From: an uncultured Planctomycetaceae bacterium
Lineage (GTDB): Bacteria > Planctomycetota > Planctomycetia > Planctomycetales > Planctomycetaceae
NCBI GenBank assembly: GCA_963813715.1
Contig: CAWFAK010000017.1
Location: 320,001-384,000, forward strand
Length of the DNA stretch: 64,000 nucleotides
Reading direction: 5' to 3'
A model generated the notes under the pieces. The model was not told where the DNA came from. It searched no databases and saw only the letters and a list, made by a program, of their open reading frames with translations. Every line of letters starts with the position of its first letter. The stretch's first letter is position 1. Made by a program: the position numbers and the translations under genes. Positions 31,120-41,769 of this stretch are shown here, piece by piece.

Positions 31120-32331
31120 CTACTTCGACGAGCCGCTCGACAGGAAGCGGAACAGGCCCTTGCCCTTCTTGGGCTCGTCGGGACTGTCGCCCCCCACGTT
31201 CTTGTCGATGCTCAGCGCCAGTTGCTGGATCGATTTTGTCAGTTTCGATTTCGGCGCCTGAGTGATCAGCGGCACGCCGTTGTTCCGCGATTCGACCATG
31301 GCCGCGTATTCGTTGGGAATCTGCCAGAAGATTTCGCGGCCGATCGTTTCGACGGCCTTGGTGAGACTGATCTGCGTCTCTTCGAGCCCCAGCCGATTGA
31401 CGACGACTCTGATCTTATCGCTGATCCCTTCCTGGCGGTCGAAGAACTGCAGCAGCCGGACCACGTTCCGCAGGCCGGGCAGATCGAGCTGCGCGACCAG
31501 GAGCACCGCGTCGGAGGCCCTCATCGCGGCCAGCTCGAGCGGGCTGTAGGCCTTGGCAAGGTCGATGATCAAATGCGTGAACGTGGCCTTGAGCAGCGTG
31601 ATCACGCGTCGCAGCTCTTCGGGATTGATCGGCGTTGCTTCCTCGAGGTGGATCGGACGCGGCAGCAGGAACGCGCCGCATTCGTGCTTGGTCAGCGACC
31701 GCTTGAGTAGCGCGTAGTCGAGCCGCGTGATATTTTCGGCGACGTCCTGAATTGTGTAGTCCGGAATGATGTCGAGCCAGACGTCGGCATCGCCCAGCGA
31801 CAGATCGAGGTCAATGACGGCGACGCTGTTGGCCGGATTCTGCGCAAGCACGCAGGCGAGGTTTACCGCCAGCGAGGTGCAGCCCACGCCGCCGGCCGCG
31901 CCTGCGATCGTGTAGATCTGGCTGGAGCGGACCTCGGTTTCGCCTTCGCGGAGGCCGTGAATCTGTTGAATGCGGTGCAGCGCGGCCAGAAAGTCTTCGA
32001 GCCGCAAGGGGTAGTTGAGGAACTCCTTAGCTCCGTTGCGCATCGCCTGCAGGATGACGCTGCCTTCCGTCGAGCTGCTGACCACCAGCACGCTGCAAGT
32101 CGGCAGCTCCAGGGTGATGCGGGCGACGATGGCCAGTCCCTGAGCCGGATCGGCATCCATCGCGACCAGCGCGATGTCCGGCTGGGTCTGCATCACGACG
32201 TCGGTGAAGAACTCGTAGCGCGAGCACTCGGCCTCGAGCCACACCATGTCGATCCCCAGCAGCAAGTGCTTGAGTGCTGCGCGAGACGTGTCATTGGGGT
32301 CGACGATCGCTAGCCTGCAAACGCTTTTCAT
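31120..32331 (-). CDS. cpaE: Flp pilus assembly protein CpaE/TadZ (receiver domain + MinD-like ATPase)
   Basis: N-terminal receiver domain (QAMRNGAKEFL), GAAGGVGCTSLAVNLA, IDLDLSLGD, RNNGVPL. Confidence 0.88.
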   Translation of the reverse strand: MKSVCRLAIVDPNDTSRAALKHLLLGIDMVWLEAECSRYEFFTDVVMQTQPDIALVAMDADPAQGLAIVARITLELPTCSVLVVSSSTEGSVILQAMRNGAKEFLNYPLRLEDFLAALHRIQQIHGLREGETEVRSSQIYTIAGAAGGVGCTSLAVNLACVLAQNPANSVAVIDLDLSLGDADVWLDIIPDYTIQDVAENITRLDYALLKRSLTKHECGAFLLPRPIHLEEATPINPEELRRVITLLKATFTHLIIDLAKAYSPLELAAMRASDAVLLVAQLDLPGLRNVVRLLQFFDRQEGISDKIRVVVNRLGLEETQISLTKAVETIGREIFWQIPNEYAAMVESRNNGVPLITQAPKSKLTKSIQQLALSIDKNVGGDSPDEPKKGKGLFRFLSSGSSK

Positions 32332-32395
32332 CAGAGCTGAACTCTCGGGAGGGTTTCTAACGTGTGGGTCGTGCCGTTCGGGGCCGGCACCGCAA

Positions 32396-34431
32396 TTACT
32401 GTCCGTTGCCTCCGGCCGGCACATACAGCCCGGTTTGAGGTTCGTACAACCCATTGCGGACGCTGGAGGACGGCGTGCTCACGGGGGGCGCGCCCGCCGC
32501 CGGCACACCGTACATGCCCGACGGGGAAGCGACCGGAGCCGCGGGCGCCTGCGTGCTGTACAACGCCTGAGTGGCGCCGGTCGGTGCAGGCGACGCGGAT
32601 TGAGCGTTCACCTGACGCACATTCGAGTTGTGCCACCAGCTGGCCGACCCGGCCGGAGCGGCCGGAGCCTGCGGCGGAAGAGTCATGGTGGGTGCCCCCG
32701 GAGCGGGCAGCGGGCCCATCGATGCCGGCGTCTGCTGAGGCGGACTGACCGAGATCGAAGTAGGCGGGTCCGGGGCGTTCATCGGACTCTGCATCATGTT
32801 CGGCGCCGTGCCCATTTGAGCGGCAGGATGTTGGCCCGGGAGGGCGGGTGCCGGCGGAGCGTTCGACGTGGGCGGTGCGAATTGTTCGTGGATCGGCGGC
32901 AGTTCCTGCACCGGCACCGGGCTGAACATCGGAGCCGGATGCGGTCCCATGTCGAAGTCGACGGTGGTCGGGCCGTAGTTGCCCTTGCCGGTGCCGTTCG
33001 CGTTACCGCAGCCGCTGCCGCACACGCCGCCATAGGACGGTGTCTCGAGCAGGCCGTACCAGTAGAGTTCGCGGTCGCTGGGCTGATCGGTGAACATTCC
33101 CGGGCCGCCCGGCGGCATCTGCGCGTCGCTCATGGCACCGGCGAGCACCGGCGTGACCAGGATCACGAGCTCGGTTTCCGTCGTCTGATAGCTGACTCGG
33201 CGGAAAGCCGCGCCGATGTACGGAAGTTCGCCCAAGAGCGGTGTCTTGAACGTCTGGGCGGTGTCCTGAATTTCGGTCAAGCCGCCCAGCATGAAGGTCT
33301 CGCCGAAACGCATCTCGACGGAGGTGTTGACGCGCCGCGTCGTGAGGCCGGGGACCGTCAGTCCGCCGGTCGAGACGGCGTTGGAAAAGTCTTTTTGGCT
33401 GACTTCCGGTTGCAGGTTCAGACGGACGCGGCCGTTGCCCAAGAGAATGGGCACGGCGGTCAGGCGGACGCCGAACTCTTTCCATTGAATCGTGACGGTG
33501 CCCAAGCTCTGCGGCACCAGGATGGGAAATTCACCACCGGACAGCAGGTTGGCCGGCTGGCCGTTGGTTGTCACCAGCACGGGGCTGGCGAGAATCTTGA
33601 GCAGCGACTCGGACGCCAGGGCGTCGAGAAACATTGAGAACGTGTAGTTGTTGTTGACGACGCCGCCTAAGAGCGACGGGTTGGCGGCGAAGTTCGTCGG
33701 GTTGACGGCCAGCACGGAGCCGCGGCAATGGGCGTGTTAAGCGTCGAAAGCGGCGCCAGCGCACCGGGCAAGCTGCCCAGGAAGCCAAAGTTCGTGCTTC
33801 CCAAAAAGTTGAAGCCCAGTTCGCGAAGCTTGGTCCGGTCGACTTCCAGCACCCGCACCTTCAGCTCGACTTCCTGGTCGCCGCCGACTTCCATCTGGTT
33901 GATGACGTTCGGATAGAACTCTTTGGCGATGTCCATGATTCGCGGAATGTCTTCCGGCCGCGTGACGTAGCCGCGGAGCACCACGCTGTCGCGCACGGCG
34001 ATGGCGGTGACGGCGTCGGTCGGGAAGAGGTTCTTGAGATAGGCCTGCAGGTGCCGCACGTCGCCGATGACGAACACCTCGACGGTGAACGAGGCGTTCT
34101 TCTCGTCGACGAGCACCAGCGACGTGACGCCGGGCGTCAGCGCGTGGATGCGGATCTCGTTGGGATGCAAGTCGACCTTGGTGACGTGCACGACTTCGGG
34201 ATCGAAGCCGTAGACGGTCGAGATGCGGTTCTTAAGATCGATGATCTTGGCGAACTTTTCGACGAGCCGCAGGTCGGTCTGCGGTTCGACGATGTGCACG
34301 AGCGGATCGTTGTCGACGGGCAACGGCGCCGATTCGTCCTGGGCGGCCGCGGAACGGGCAAGCCCCGCGGCGGCCAGAACGATTAACAACATCCGAAAGA
34401 ACTTCGGGCTCGACTGGGCAAACATGCGCAT
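32396..34431 (-). CDS. cpaC: Flp pilus secretin CpaC/RcpA; apparent frameshift near 33720
   Basis: N-terminal domain, BON-like VVLRGYV, QEVELKVRVLEVDR, GGEFPI, KEFGVRL, PLLGELPYIGAAFR, ETELVILVTP; Pro-rich tail. Confidence 0.88.
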
Positions 34432-34542
34432 CCCTGCACCTCGAGTGGCGGCTGGATCCTTGTCACGAGAACCGCGCGGCACGACCGGCTCGCGCCTGTC
34501 GCCCGCACTGTCGTCGTCACCCCCCTGTGATTCGTCCCTAGC

Positions 34543-35580
34543 TCACGCCTTCGACCCTTGGGCGTGCTGGAAGGCTTTTTGGAAGAACTCTTTCCATCCC
34601 GCGGCCGGCTTCGCGTCCCCATTCTTGGCGGGCGCGGCTGCCGGGTCCTCGGGCAGGTCCACTTGTTCTTCGCGGAGCTTGTCTCCCTCAAAGACCTTCA
34701 ACGTCCAGGTCGGCTTCTCCTTTTCCTTGACGGGTTCCGGCTTGGGTTCGGGCTTCTTGACCTCGGCAACCTTGGTCTGCTCCTTATCGAGCGCATCGCC
34801 CGCTTCGTCGCCGTCTCCGTCCTTCTTGGCTTGCCCGCGAGTTACCTTCAAATGCTCGAACGCGGTCTCGTCCACTTCCGACGGGCGGCTTTCCGAATTG
34901 TCGCCCCGATTCCGCACGGCCAGGGAGATTTGTCCCTTGGTTTTGGCCAGCATCAGCAGGACGTATTGATCGGGAGTCACCAGAACGGAAATGTTCTTGG
35001 CCGCAACCTCCTTATTCTCGCCGTTCGGAACGGCGCTCAGTCGAATATTGTCCGTGGCGAAGACCTCGATGTATTGCAGGATGGTCTTGGCCTTCTTAAT
35101 TTCTCCGGCCTGACTGTTCATTTGCCCGGCGACGTGTCGCGCGACGGTGTAGGTCGCGACGATGTCGACCCGGTCCCCCGGCAGGATGAGGCCGCTGTGC
35201 GTTTCCGTCACGGTGACGGGCACCGTGGCCACGCGCATCCCCTTGGGGATTTCGCTCGAACCGCCAAAGACCCCCTTATCGTTCAACTTGGCGATCATGA
35301 TGGGCTCGTTCGGTAACGTCGAGACCCGTAATGATCGATCCTGGTATTCTTCGGGCTTGGTGACCGCGCCCTGAGGGACGTCGTTTTTATCCCACGCCTT
35401 GAAAGCGACGTTTGAATCGTCCAGTGGCTGACCCGGCATGATGCTCGTGATGGCCACGAGCACCTTCCCGGTCTCCACCGGCGGCTTCTTGTCGCCGGAA
35501 AGAACTTGTTGCACCCCCAGCATGGCGACCAGGCCACAGCCGATCGCCATCGCTAACAAAACCAGAGATTTCATCTTCAT
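34543..35580 (-). CDS. cpaB: Flp pilus assembly protein CpaB/RcpC
   Basis: N-terminal TM, SAF domain, IPKGMRVATVPV, GLILPGDRVDI, GQISLAVRN. Confidence 0.92.
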   Translation of the reverse strand: MKMKSLVLLAMAIGCGLVAMLGVQQVLSGDKKPPVETGKVLVAITSIMPGQPLDDSNVAFKAWDKNDVPQGAVTKPEEYQDRSLRVSTLPNEPIMIAKLNDKGVFGGSSEIPKGMRVATVPVTVTETHSGLILPGDRVDIVATYTVARHVAGQMNSQAGEIKKAKTILQYIEVFATDNIRLSAVPNGENKEVAAKNISVLVTPDQYVLLMLAKTKGQISLAVRNRGDNSESRPSEVDETAFEHLKVTRGQAKKDGDGDEAGDALDKEQTKVAEVKKPEPKPEPVKEKEKPTWTLKVFEGDKLREEQVDLPEDPAAAPAKNGDAKPAAGWKEFFQKAFQHAQGSKA

Positions 35581-35748
35581 CTGCGGAGCTCCTGGATCGC
35601 CTCGTGGCGAGCAGCTTTCCGTCGTTTGGCCCAACCGCTTTGCGGACTGCCGCCGGTTGTTCACCGGCAGGCCACCGCGAGCCGCCGCAACGAAGGATCC
35701 AGGGTTTGGGCCGTCGGTGACGGCACCAAAACCGCATCACCTTCTTCA

Positions 35749-35855
35749 TCGGCACCGGTCCGGTAAGACCTTCAGCCTTTAACGACAATATCGATCGGAA
35801 TGGCTGTTCGGGCCTTAACGGCTGTAGCGTCTGGACCTTGCGGCCTGTGCCGGTT
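35749..35855 (-). ncRNA. Candidate structured cis-regulatory RNA upstream of cpaB (c-di-GMP-I-like variant?)
   Basis: ggcacaggccGCAAggtccaGACGC... followed by long stem ccgttaaggcc-cagcc/ggctg-ggtcttaccgg; outer cggcac/gtgccg pairing. Confidence 0.3.
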
Positions 35856-36016
35856 CGAGCGGTCACACCGACTCGGCCGGCTCGGGCTGTGGGGGGATTG
35901 CTGTCTGCCTCGCCTCAAGTCCTTTTTTGAGATGTTTTGAAAACCGTCACCACTTAACCGCGACGTCCGCGCTTTGACCCGGCGGGCCGGAGCCGGACGT
36001 CGGCCCAAAAAATCGC

Positions 36017-36568
36017 TTAGATCATTCCCTCGTAGAAGAAGTAGGCGATCGAGCCGACGCAGATCGGAATTCCGTACGGCAGCAGGAGCATCTTGGGTTT
36101 CCGTTCCGCGGCAATCCGCGATAACTCCCGCGGATTCTTGATGGTCATCCATTCCGAGAGGATCATCAGCAGTTGTGCATAATGCTTGTCGAAGGCTTTC
36201 CGCCAGAGGACCATCGCGACGGCCATTACGGCCCCGACGACGGTCGAAACGCAAAAGGCGTAAAAGGTTGTGGTCGCACCCAGCCAGGCGCCGACGCCGG
36301 CCAACAGCTTGACGTCGCCCGCGCCCATGCCCCCCACCGCGTAGAGCGGCAACAGGCAGGCCAGGCCCACCGCCATGCCCAACAGTCCGTCACCCAGCCC
36401 CGTCCAACCGCCGGCCCACGCACTGTAAATCAGGCCGGAGCCGACCATCGAAAAGGTCAGCCAGTTGGGGACGCGGAGCTGTTTGCCGTCGATATAGGCG
36501 GCCAGAATCAGCAGCCCGCAGACCAGGCGCACGGGCCAGTTCGTAAAGACATCTTGGGACCAATCCAT
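36017..36568 (-). CDS. cpaA: A24 family prepilin peptidase CpaA/TadV
   Basis: YIDGKQLRVPNWLT, GGMGAGDVKLLAGVGAWLG, LPYGIPI. Confidence 0.92.
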   Translation of the reverse strand: MDWSQDVFTNWPVRLVCGLLILAAYIDGKQLRVPNWLTFSMVGSGLIYSAWAGGWTGLGDGLLGMAVGLACLLPLYAVGGMGAGDVKLLAGVGAWLGATTTFYAFCVSTVVGAVMAVAMVLWRKAFDKHYAQLLMILSEWMTIKNPRELSRIAAERKPKMLLLPYGIPICVGSIAYFFYEGMI

Positions 36569-36641
36569 GATTCCTTCGCACCTTTCTGTGACGAGTGATT
36601 GCTGCAGGAGGGAAAGCGGCATCATCCGCCGCGGAGGGTCG

Positions 36642-36761
36642 CTATTGCGGGCGGCCCGGAGTCGTCACCAAGAATCCCGTCATCCAACAGACGATGGCCA
36701 CAAACATGGCCGAAATCTGCAGCCAGGCCGAAAGCGGTACGTCGGACCAGAACGGGAACAT
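36642..36761 (-). CDS. Putative 39-aa single-TM small protein
   Basis: MFPFWSDVPLSAWLQISAMFVAIVCWMTGFLVTTPGRPQ; co-oriented and directly upstream of cpaA. Confidence 0.5.
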   Translation of the reverse strand: MFPFWSDVPLSAWLQISAMFVAIVCWMTGFLVTTPGRPQ

Positions 36762-37116
36762 GGGTCGCCCCAGGAACAAGCCAGTGGATCCGGAGAGCCA
36801 AGAGCCGATTCGGACACAGGCGGTTGCTCTGGAAGTCTCCGGAGAGCGCCGATCCGACGAACTCAAGGCGCCGGGCTACGAAAACGTAGGCCACGGGGGT
36901 CGACAGTCAAGCATCACGCGGCCGAACCGCGCGGTTTTTCAGCGAACGAGCGCCGTATCGATCACGCGGATAGGTTGCGAAATGGGAACCGCGTACAAAG
37001 ACCCGGCCGCGCCCGCGGCTTGTTCCGATTTTTCAACATCGACCGGTCGACGCGAACGCGCGGCCGGAACGCTCATTACGAGCGGCAAATCGGCGCCAGT
37101 CGCTGCGGTGAAAGGC

Positions 37117-37239
37117 CCCTCACCCTGCCCTTTTCCCACCGGAATGAGGCGAGGGTGTTGTCGTCGGGACTCTCCTTCCCCTCTCCCATTCTGGTGGGAG
37201 AGGGCCGGCCTGCGACGAGCTCAGTCGAGTCGGTGAGGG
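37117..37239. repeat. Palindromic intergenic repeat of the ccctcaccc...ctctccc/gggagaggg type
   Basis: ccctcaccctgcccttttcccaccggaatg ... ccctctcccattctggtgggagagggccgg ... ggtgaggg. Confidence 0.65.
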
Positions 37240-37276
37240 CGGATTTTTTCCCCGATATCGCGCTCGACGCGAAGCG

Positions 37277-38737
37277 TTACGCCAGCTGACTCTCCGACGG
37301 CACGACGAACGGCTTACGATAGTCGCGCGTGAGCATTGCGCTCGCGTCGGACGCCGAGTCGCCGATGAAGGTCTCGCTCGCCGGGTTGATCGTCAGCTTC
37401 TTGCCGAAGCGGACCAGCTTCGAGTCTTTGATGGACACGTCGTTGTACCAGAGGTGCTCCTGGAAGCGATCGAAGGTGTCCCACTCTTCCGTGTCGCTGC
37501 CGAGGCGCTCGGCGGCTTCGTGGCCGCTCACCGGTTTGCCGAGTCGGTACGAGATGTTCGCCAGGTGGCACAGCGCGCTCGACAAGTGACCCTCGAGCAC
37601 TTCGCCGTTGAGATCCGACGAGCGTCCGCTGCGGACCGCTTTGATGAAGTTGCCAAAATGGCTTGCGCTGCCGCGGAAGCTCTTGATCGGCTGGTGCTTG
37701 AGGTCGAAGGCCACGCCACTGGAATAGCTGGGGGCGACCACGTAGCCGTTTGTGCCGTAAAAGATCACGCCAATCGCGGCGCCGCGCAACGGCGGAGTTT
37801 TCAATCCGCGGACTTCAAACACGAGCCGCTTGCCGTTCGAATATTCGTGGATCGAAACCTGAGTGTTGGCCGTTTCGCCCGCATCCTCGTAACCCAGTCT
37901 GCCGCCGTAACTGAGCACGCTGTTGCCGATGTCGTGCACGCCGAGACCCCAACGGGCCAGATCCATCTGATGGATGCCCTGGTTGCCCAGGTCGCCGTTG
38001 CCGTAGTCCCACATCCAGTGCCAGTCGTAGTGCAGACTCTTGCGGGTGAGCGGTTTGATCTGCGCGGGACCCGACCACAAGTCGAAATCGACCGACTTGG
38101 GAATCGGATAGTCGCCCTTGGGGCCGATCGAGGGGCGGTGCTTGTAGCAGAGTCCGCGGGCCAGCTTCACTTCGCCGATCTGGTTGCTTTGGACGAAATT
38201 CATCAACTCGCGCATGCCCGGATTGCTGCGGCACTGCATGCCGGCCTGGCACAGTCGCTCGTGTTTGCGGGCGGTCTGCACGAGGCGGCGACCTTCGCTG
38301 ACGTTGTGGCTCACCGGCTTCTCGACGTAGACATGTTTCCCCGCTTGCAGCGCCCAGATCGCGGCCAGCGAATGCCAGTGGTTGGGCGTGGCGATGGAGA
38401 CGGCGTCAATCCGCTTGTCCTCGAGCATTTTGCGGAGGTCACGGTAGAAAACGGGAGCTTTGTCCGTTCGTCGCTTGATCTGCTCGACCCCCTTCTTACC
38501 GACTTCTTCATCGACGTCGACGATCGCGACGACTTCGACATCGTGCATGCGGCCGAACTCGTCCAAGTGCTCCCGTCCCCGGCCGCGGACACCGATGCAC
38601 GCCATTCGCACCTTCTCGTTGGGGCTCGCCGAGGCTTTGGCCGTGTCCTCGGAGCGGACCCGGCTCGTTTCGCGGGCCAAGACAGTGGCTGCAGCAGCAA
38701 ACAAAGATTTCTCGAGAAAGTCCCGGCGAGTGGTCAT
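37277..38737 (-). CDS. Gfo/Idh/MocA family oxidoreductase with Tat signal
   Basis: TTRRDFL, CIGVRGRG, IATPNHWH, GKHVYVEKP, GNGDLGNQGIHQMD. Confidence 0.93.
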   Translation of the reverse strand: MTTRRDFLEKSLFAAAATVLARETSRVRSEDTAKASASPNEKVRMACIGVRGRGREHLDEFGRMHDVEVVAIVDVDEEVGKKGVEQIKRRTDKAPVFYRDLRKMLEDKRIDAVSIATPNHWHSLAAIWALQAGKHVYVEKPVSHNVSEGRRLVQTARKHERLCQAGMQCRSNPGMRELMNFVQSNQIGEVKLARGLCYKHRPSIGPKGDYPIPKSVDFDLWSGPAQIKPLTRKSLHYDWHWMWDYGNGDLGNQGIHQMDLARWGLGVHDIGNSVLSYGGRLGYEDAGETANTQVSIHEYSNGKRLVFEVRGLKTPPLRGAAIGVIFYGTNGYVVAPSYSSGVAFDLKHQPIKSFRGSASHFGNFIKAVRSGRSSDLNGEVLEGHLSSALCHLANISYRLGKPVSGHEAAERLGSDTEEWDTFDRFQEHLWYNDVSIKDSKLVRFGKKLTINPASETFIGDSASDASAMLTRDYRKPFVVPSESQLA

Positions 38738-38928
38738 GAGCATCTCCGGTGAGCTGAGTGGGGAGTCTGGAACCCCCGAGTGGATTCGACGGCGCCGCGC
38801 GGCAGCGGCGGGCATGGCGGGCTCGACGCACGATCACTGCCCTCACGATACAAATCCGCGCCGAGTCGGACAACACAGGGCCGCGCCAAGAATCTGCCCG
38901 CGCGAGAACTTGTCGGCAGCACCCGGGG

Positions 38929-40159
38929 CTACGCGGCCCGCACCGTACCATGGACGAACTGCGCGGCTTCCAGAAACAGGCAGCGCGAGTCGTTCTTGAG
39001 CAGCCGCCGCACTTCCGTCTCGTTGGAGACGGGGGTGAGAAACAGCTCATCGACCACGTCGTCGGCCAGGCCGCTCAAGAGGTAGATCTGGGCCCAATCG
39101 GCGGCGGAGGCGAGCTGTGTCGCGCAGACCAGGTCGGGCGGCGCCTGCTTGCGCAAAGGACGGATCGCGTCGCGGACGTTTTCGCTGGAACGAATGAGTT
39201 CCAGGCCCTGCGGCAACTCGGCCACGAGGTCGGAGAGAATCACGATCTTGCCGCCTCGCGCCACGAGGCTGCGACCGACGTCGGCGGCCGCCCCCAACTG
39301 CTCCCACGCGTGCAGTCCGCTCTCATGATCGATGGCGGCGATCACCACGTCCGGCCGCTCGTTCACTTCGATGTGCCACTGTTTGGTGAGCACCTTCTTG
39401 CCCTCGGCGAACACGGGGTCGCAAACACCGGCTAGCACGCGCGACACGCCGTTGGTCGCCGCCGGGATGACTTGAATGGCGAACGGATTGCCCAAGAGCC
39501 AGCCGATCTCGTCGATCAGCTCGCGAAGCGGCCGCGATTCGTCGGGCCCCAGCTCGACGTGCCCCTGCCCCTGGGTCTTCAGCATGGCGTCGGCCGACGA
39601 CAGCCCGGGATAAAAGACACTGTTGGTCCCCCGGTAGCCGATCAGCGGATCGAAAGCGATCGAGCCGGCGGTGATCAGGAAGTCGGCATCGACCACCTCG
39701 CGGGCCATGTAAACGCGATCGCCCGTGGCCGTCGAGGCCAGGTAGACGCAGCTGTCTTTGCGCGTCGGGTCGTGCAGAATCCAGCGGGCCTGCGCGGACG
39801 TCTTCGGGCAGCTCGGCGCGGGGGTCCGGTAGCTGTGACTCGAGCCGCGAGGCCGGCTGAATCACCGTGAATTTTTCCGCTTCGATGCCTCGCGGCGCCA
39901 ACACCTCCCAAATGCCGGCGACGACCCCTGCCGCGCCCGGCGTGTATCGGTCAAGGGCGACGGTGATGCGGTCGCCGGGAATTACGGCCTGTTCGATCGA
40001 CGGATACTCCATCGGCGCGCGGAGGGCGGCGAGCAGCTCCTCTTTATATTGAGAGTTCGGCCGCGGCGCCGCGTGCTCGGCAACAAGTCGGTCGCTCTCG
40101 ATTTCGCATTCGAAACGCTGGTCGTTGCCGTAAGACAAGACCACGTGCTTGGATGGCAC
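38929..40159 (-). CDS. Lactate racemase (LarA/DUF2088) domain protein, divergent; apparent frameshift near 39790
   Basis: ALRAPMEYPSIEQAVIPGDRITVALD, HDPTRKDSCVYLAST, AREVVDADFLI, YRGTNSVFYPGLS, GGKIVILS. Confidence 0.7.
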
Positions 40160-40293
40160 AACATCGCTCCTTCCGGGACGGGTTATGGTAGAATCGCCGC
40201 ACGGAGACAGTCAACGCGGTTGGTTGCGCGAGCTGTCGCTCCGCGTGTGGTCGAACTCGATGCTCGAACGGATCCGCTTGGGTTGAACGTCTC

Positions 40294-40939
40294 GTGCCGC
40301 AAATGACCGATGACGACCAGCTCATGGTGCGGATGCAGGCGGGCGACGCGACCGCCTTCAACGAGCTGGTCGAGCGCTACCAGGGCCCCCTGATCGGGTT
40401 TTTCTTTCGCAACATTCGCGACCGGCAACTCTGCGAGGATCTGACGCAGGAGACGCTCCTGCGGGTCTTCAACCAGTCGTGGGATTATCTTCCTTCCGGC
40501 CGTTTCCGCGGCTGGATCTATCGCATCGCTCGCAACTTGCTGATTGACAGCGTGCGGCGCCAGTCGCACGACGCACTCGTGCATGCCTTCACTCGCACTC
40601 ACGACGGTGAGTCCGACGCGATCAACCGGCTCACCGCGAATATCGCGCCGCCCGAAGAGCTGGCCGACCAACGCGAGCTGGCGCGGATTGTCGACGAGTT
40701 GTTGCAATCGCTCCCCGCCGATCAGCGGCTCACCTTCACCATGCACCATTATTCCGGGCTGCCGCTTTCCGAAGTAGCGTCGGCGATGGATACGAGCCTG
40801 CCCACCTGCAAAAGCCGCTTGCGTCTGGCGCGGGAAAAGCTGCGGCAGAAGCTGCGCGAGCGCGGCCTGACGGTGCGCGAGTCGATCGCCTCAAACGAAG
40901 ACGACCTGGCTGATTCCGGTGGAAGAAACCACCGGTTGA
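40294..40939 (+). CDS. ECF RNA polymerase sigma factor (3' end uncertain)
   Basis: DDQLMVRMQAGDATAFNELVERY, EDLTQETLLRV, FRGWIYRIARNL, EVASAM...TCKSRLRLAREKLR; readthrough to 41775 is probably an artefact. Confidence 0.88.
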
Positions 40940-41007
40940 CTGCGGTGAGCCGATTCGAGCGGCGACTCCAAGTTGAATCGCCGCATCCAAGTCGAACCGC
41001 GGGCGTG

Positions 41008-41769
41008 TTACTTGGCGTTCGTCGCCGTGACGACGTGGTCCTCCGGGTCGGTCGTGAGGATCAGCCCGCGGAACTGGACTTCTTGGGCCACCTTGTTCTG
41101 GTGCAGTTGCAGCCCAATCGGGCCGGCCTGACAGAGCTCCGGCTTAGGGTCGGTCCAGTCGGCGGCGAGCGTGCCGTTAATCACGAAGCGAATGCGGTCG
41201 CCGATCGCCAGGATCTCCATCCGGTTCCAGTCATGCTGTTTGCCGGCCCGCTTCGCGGCCTGGCCCTTGTCCTGGTAAATCATGTTGCGGCCGTAGAGGT
41301 CGTAGAAACCATAGCCCGAGGGGAACATCACGAGGTGTCCCTGGTAGCTGAACGGGTCGCCCCCTTTCTCGACCGTCTTGCCCCAGAGCGCGATCCCCGA
41401 GTGCATTTCGCTCGTGACGAGCCGCGCCTCGAAGATCAGCCGAAAGTTGCGGTACTTCTGCGGCGTCACCAGATACGTGCTGAACGCCGGGCCGTTCGCT
41501 TTCGAGTTGCGACCGACGATGGCCCCCTGCTCGACCGACCAGTACTTGCCGATCTGACCTTCCCAGTTCGTGAGATCGACTCCGTTGAAGAGATGCACCG
41601 GCTTCTCGCTCGCTGGCAACTTGGCGATCTGCTGCGACGACCAATCGCCACTCGGAGCGTCCGCGGCGCTGGCGGACCGAGTCGACAGCACGCACGCCGA
41701 CGCGCACACCGCGACCAGGGTGAATCCGAGCAGAGATGGCGTCGACGTATGACGGGTTCGAGCTTGCAT
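41008..41769 (-). CDS. DUF1080 / 3-keto-disaccharide hydrolase family protein
   Basis: Signal peptide, LFNGVDLTNW, YRNFRL, HSGI, WNRMEI, GPIGLQLH, VQFRG. Confidence 0.9.
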   Translation of the reverse strand: MQARTRHTSTPSLLGFTLVAVCASACVLSTRSASAADAPSGDWSSQQIAKLPASEKPVHLFNGVDLTNWEGQIGKYWSVEQGAIVGRNSKANGPAFSTYLVTPQKYRNFRLIFEARLVTSEMHSGIALWGKTVEKGGDPFSYQGHLVMFPSGYGFYDLYGRNMIYQDKGQAAKRAGKQHDWNRMEILAIGDRIRFVINGTLAADWTDPKPELCQAGPIGLQLHQNKVAQEVQFRGLILTTDPEDHVVTATNAK

